Source of the DNA: Tricharina praecox
Lineage: Eukaryota
DNA: 64,000 nucleotides
NCBI RefSeq assembly: GCF_024521635.1
Contig: NW_026250404.1
Coordinates: 682,001 to 746,000, forward strand
Direction of reading: 5' to 3'
Shown: positions 63,266 to 64,000 of the stretch, in pieces
Position numbering within the stretch: position 1 is the first letter of the stretch
How the letters are laid out: every line of letters starts with the position of its first letter
Translations under genes and position numbers: made by a program
The notes under the pieces: model-generated
Seen by the model: only the letters and a program-made list of their open reading frames with translations
Databases searched by the model: none
What the model was told of the DNA's origin: nothing

Positions 63266-64000
63266 GGAATGTGCGGGTGCGATTTCGGCGTTCAAGAGAA
63301 TTTTTCTCGGCGAGTACATCCTACATACCGTAGCTCCCCGAAATACGGTGGAGCGACGGGACTGGGTTGGCGGAGGTTGAGACGCTTCTGCAGAAGTGAC
63401 GGTAGTAGTCAGCCGAAGCTCTCCCATCCACCTGTCTAGGTGTCTCGAAGGAACATGGACTCTCAGCACCCATAGTAGAAGAAGAACCGCTGAGCCGAGA
63501 CGATGTATCATGTCTGCCACATGCCATCTTTCCTCTCGGTGAAGTAGACGGGTGTCCCACATGCACGCTATATCTTGTTTATTCACTATGAATCACTCGC
63601 AAAACAAACAACAAAACAGAAAACAAAAAACAAAAAAGACCGACAGACAGAACGGCCAAAACAAAAACTTGTTTCCCCTGTATCATCGGCCTCAACATGC
63701 AGTCGTGGGCCTGATTCCACGAGAAACCTTTTGTTTCAACGTTTTCTAGATACCATATGTGCCATAGCATCGCTATCGATGCGGTGATGTCGGTGATGTG
63801 GGCGATGTGAGGTGGCGATGTGGGAGATGTTCAAACGTTTCTCTCCCTCTCGCTCGCCTCACGTTTCCATCTGCTCACCTAAAGCACCCTACCTATACGA
63901 TAGCAGGACATTCGATGTGCTCTTCTCTTCTCGCTTTTGCAGTGTACTTCGTATCGATATCGATAACCCAGTCGTGTTCGTAATTAATGCCCCTCACCCC

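Noticed and set aside
1..64000. tRNA, rRNA or snoRNA genes
   Set aside because: No cloverleaf, rRNA-like or convincing box C/D or H/ACA structure recognised by eye; a tRNAscan/Infernal run is needed to exclude them.

Overview
Eukaryotic DNA from a filamentous ascomycete: short GT-AG introns with CTAAC/CTGAC branch sites and fungal-type orthologues. Pezizomycetes is a guess, not shown by the sequence. The left end has two disordered hypothetical genes, a ~1.05 kb degenerate PIF/Harbinger element with intact 22-bp TIRs, a DDHD phospholipase, a VAMP7-like longin R-SNARE and a GW-repeat disordered protein. The right end is a compact housekeeping block: MPS1, NSA2, MRPL49/bL21m, CDC55 and a hypothetical protein ending in AKL. 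The main feature is the ~35 kb centre (15.4-50.2 kb). It holds only three recognisable genes, all C2H2 zinc-finger proteins sharing one module (F-x-x-K-x-[DE]-W-x-R-H finger, W-x-C...RK[DE]xFxxHL finger, C-x-F-C...W...H-x3-H finger). Their non-coding spacers are 6-13 kb, rich in microsatellites and G/C tracts, and carry at least 30 hand-counted copies of TAGAGTA/TACTCTA, including a perfect 24-bp palindrome. This looks like an ancient paralogous transcription-factor cluster with a large regulatory landscape. Splice models and counts were made by eye; no database searches were run.
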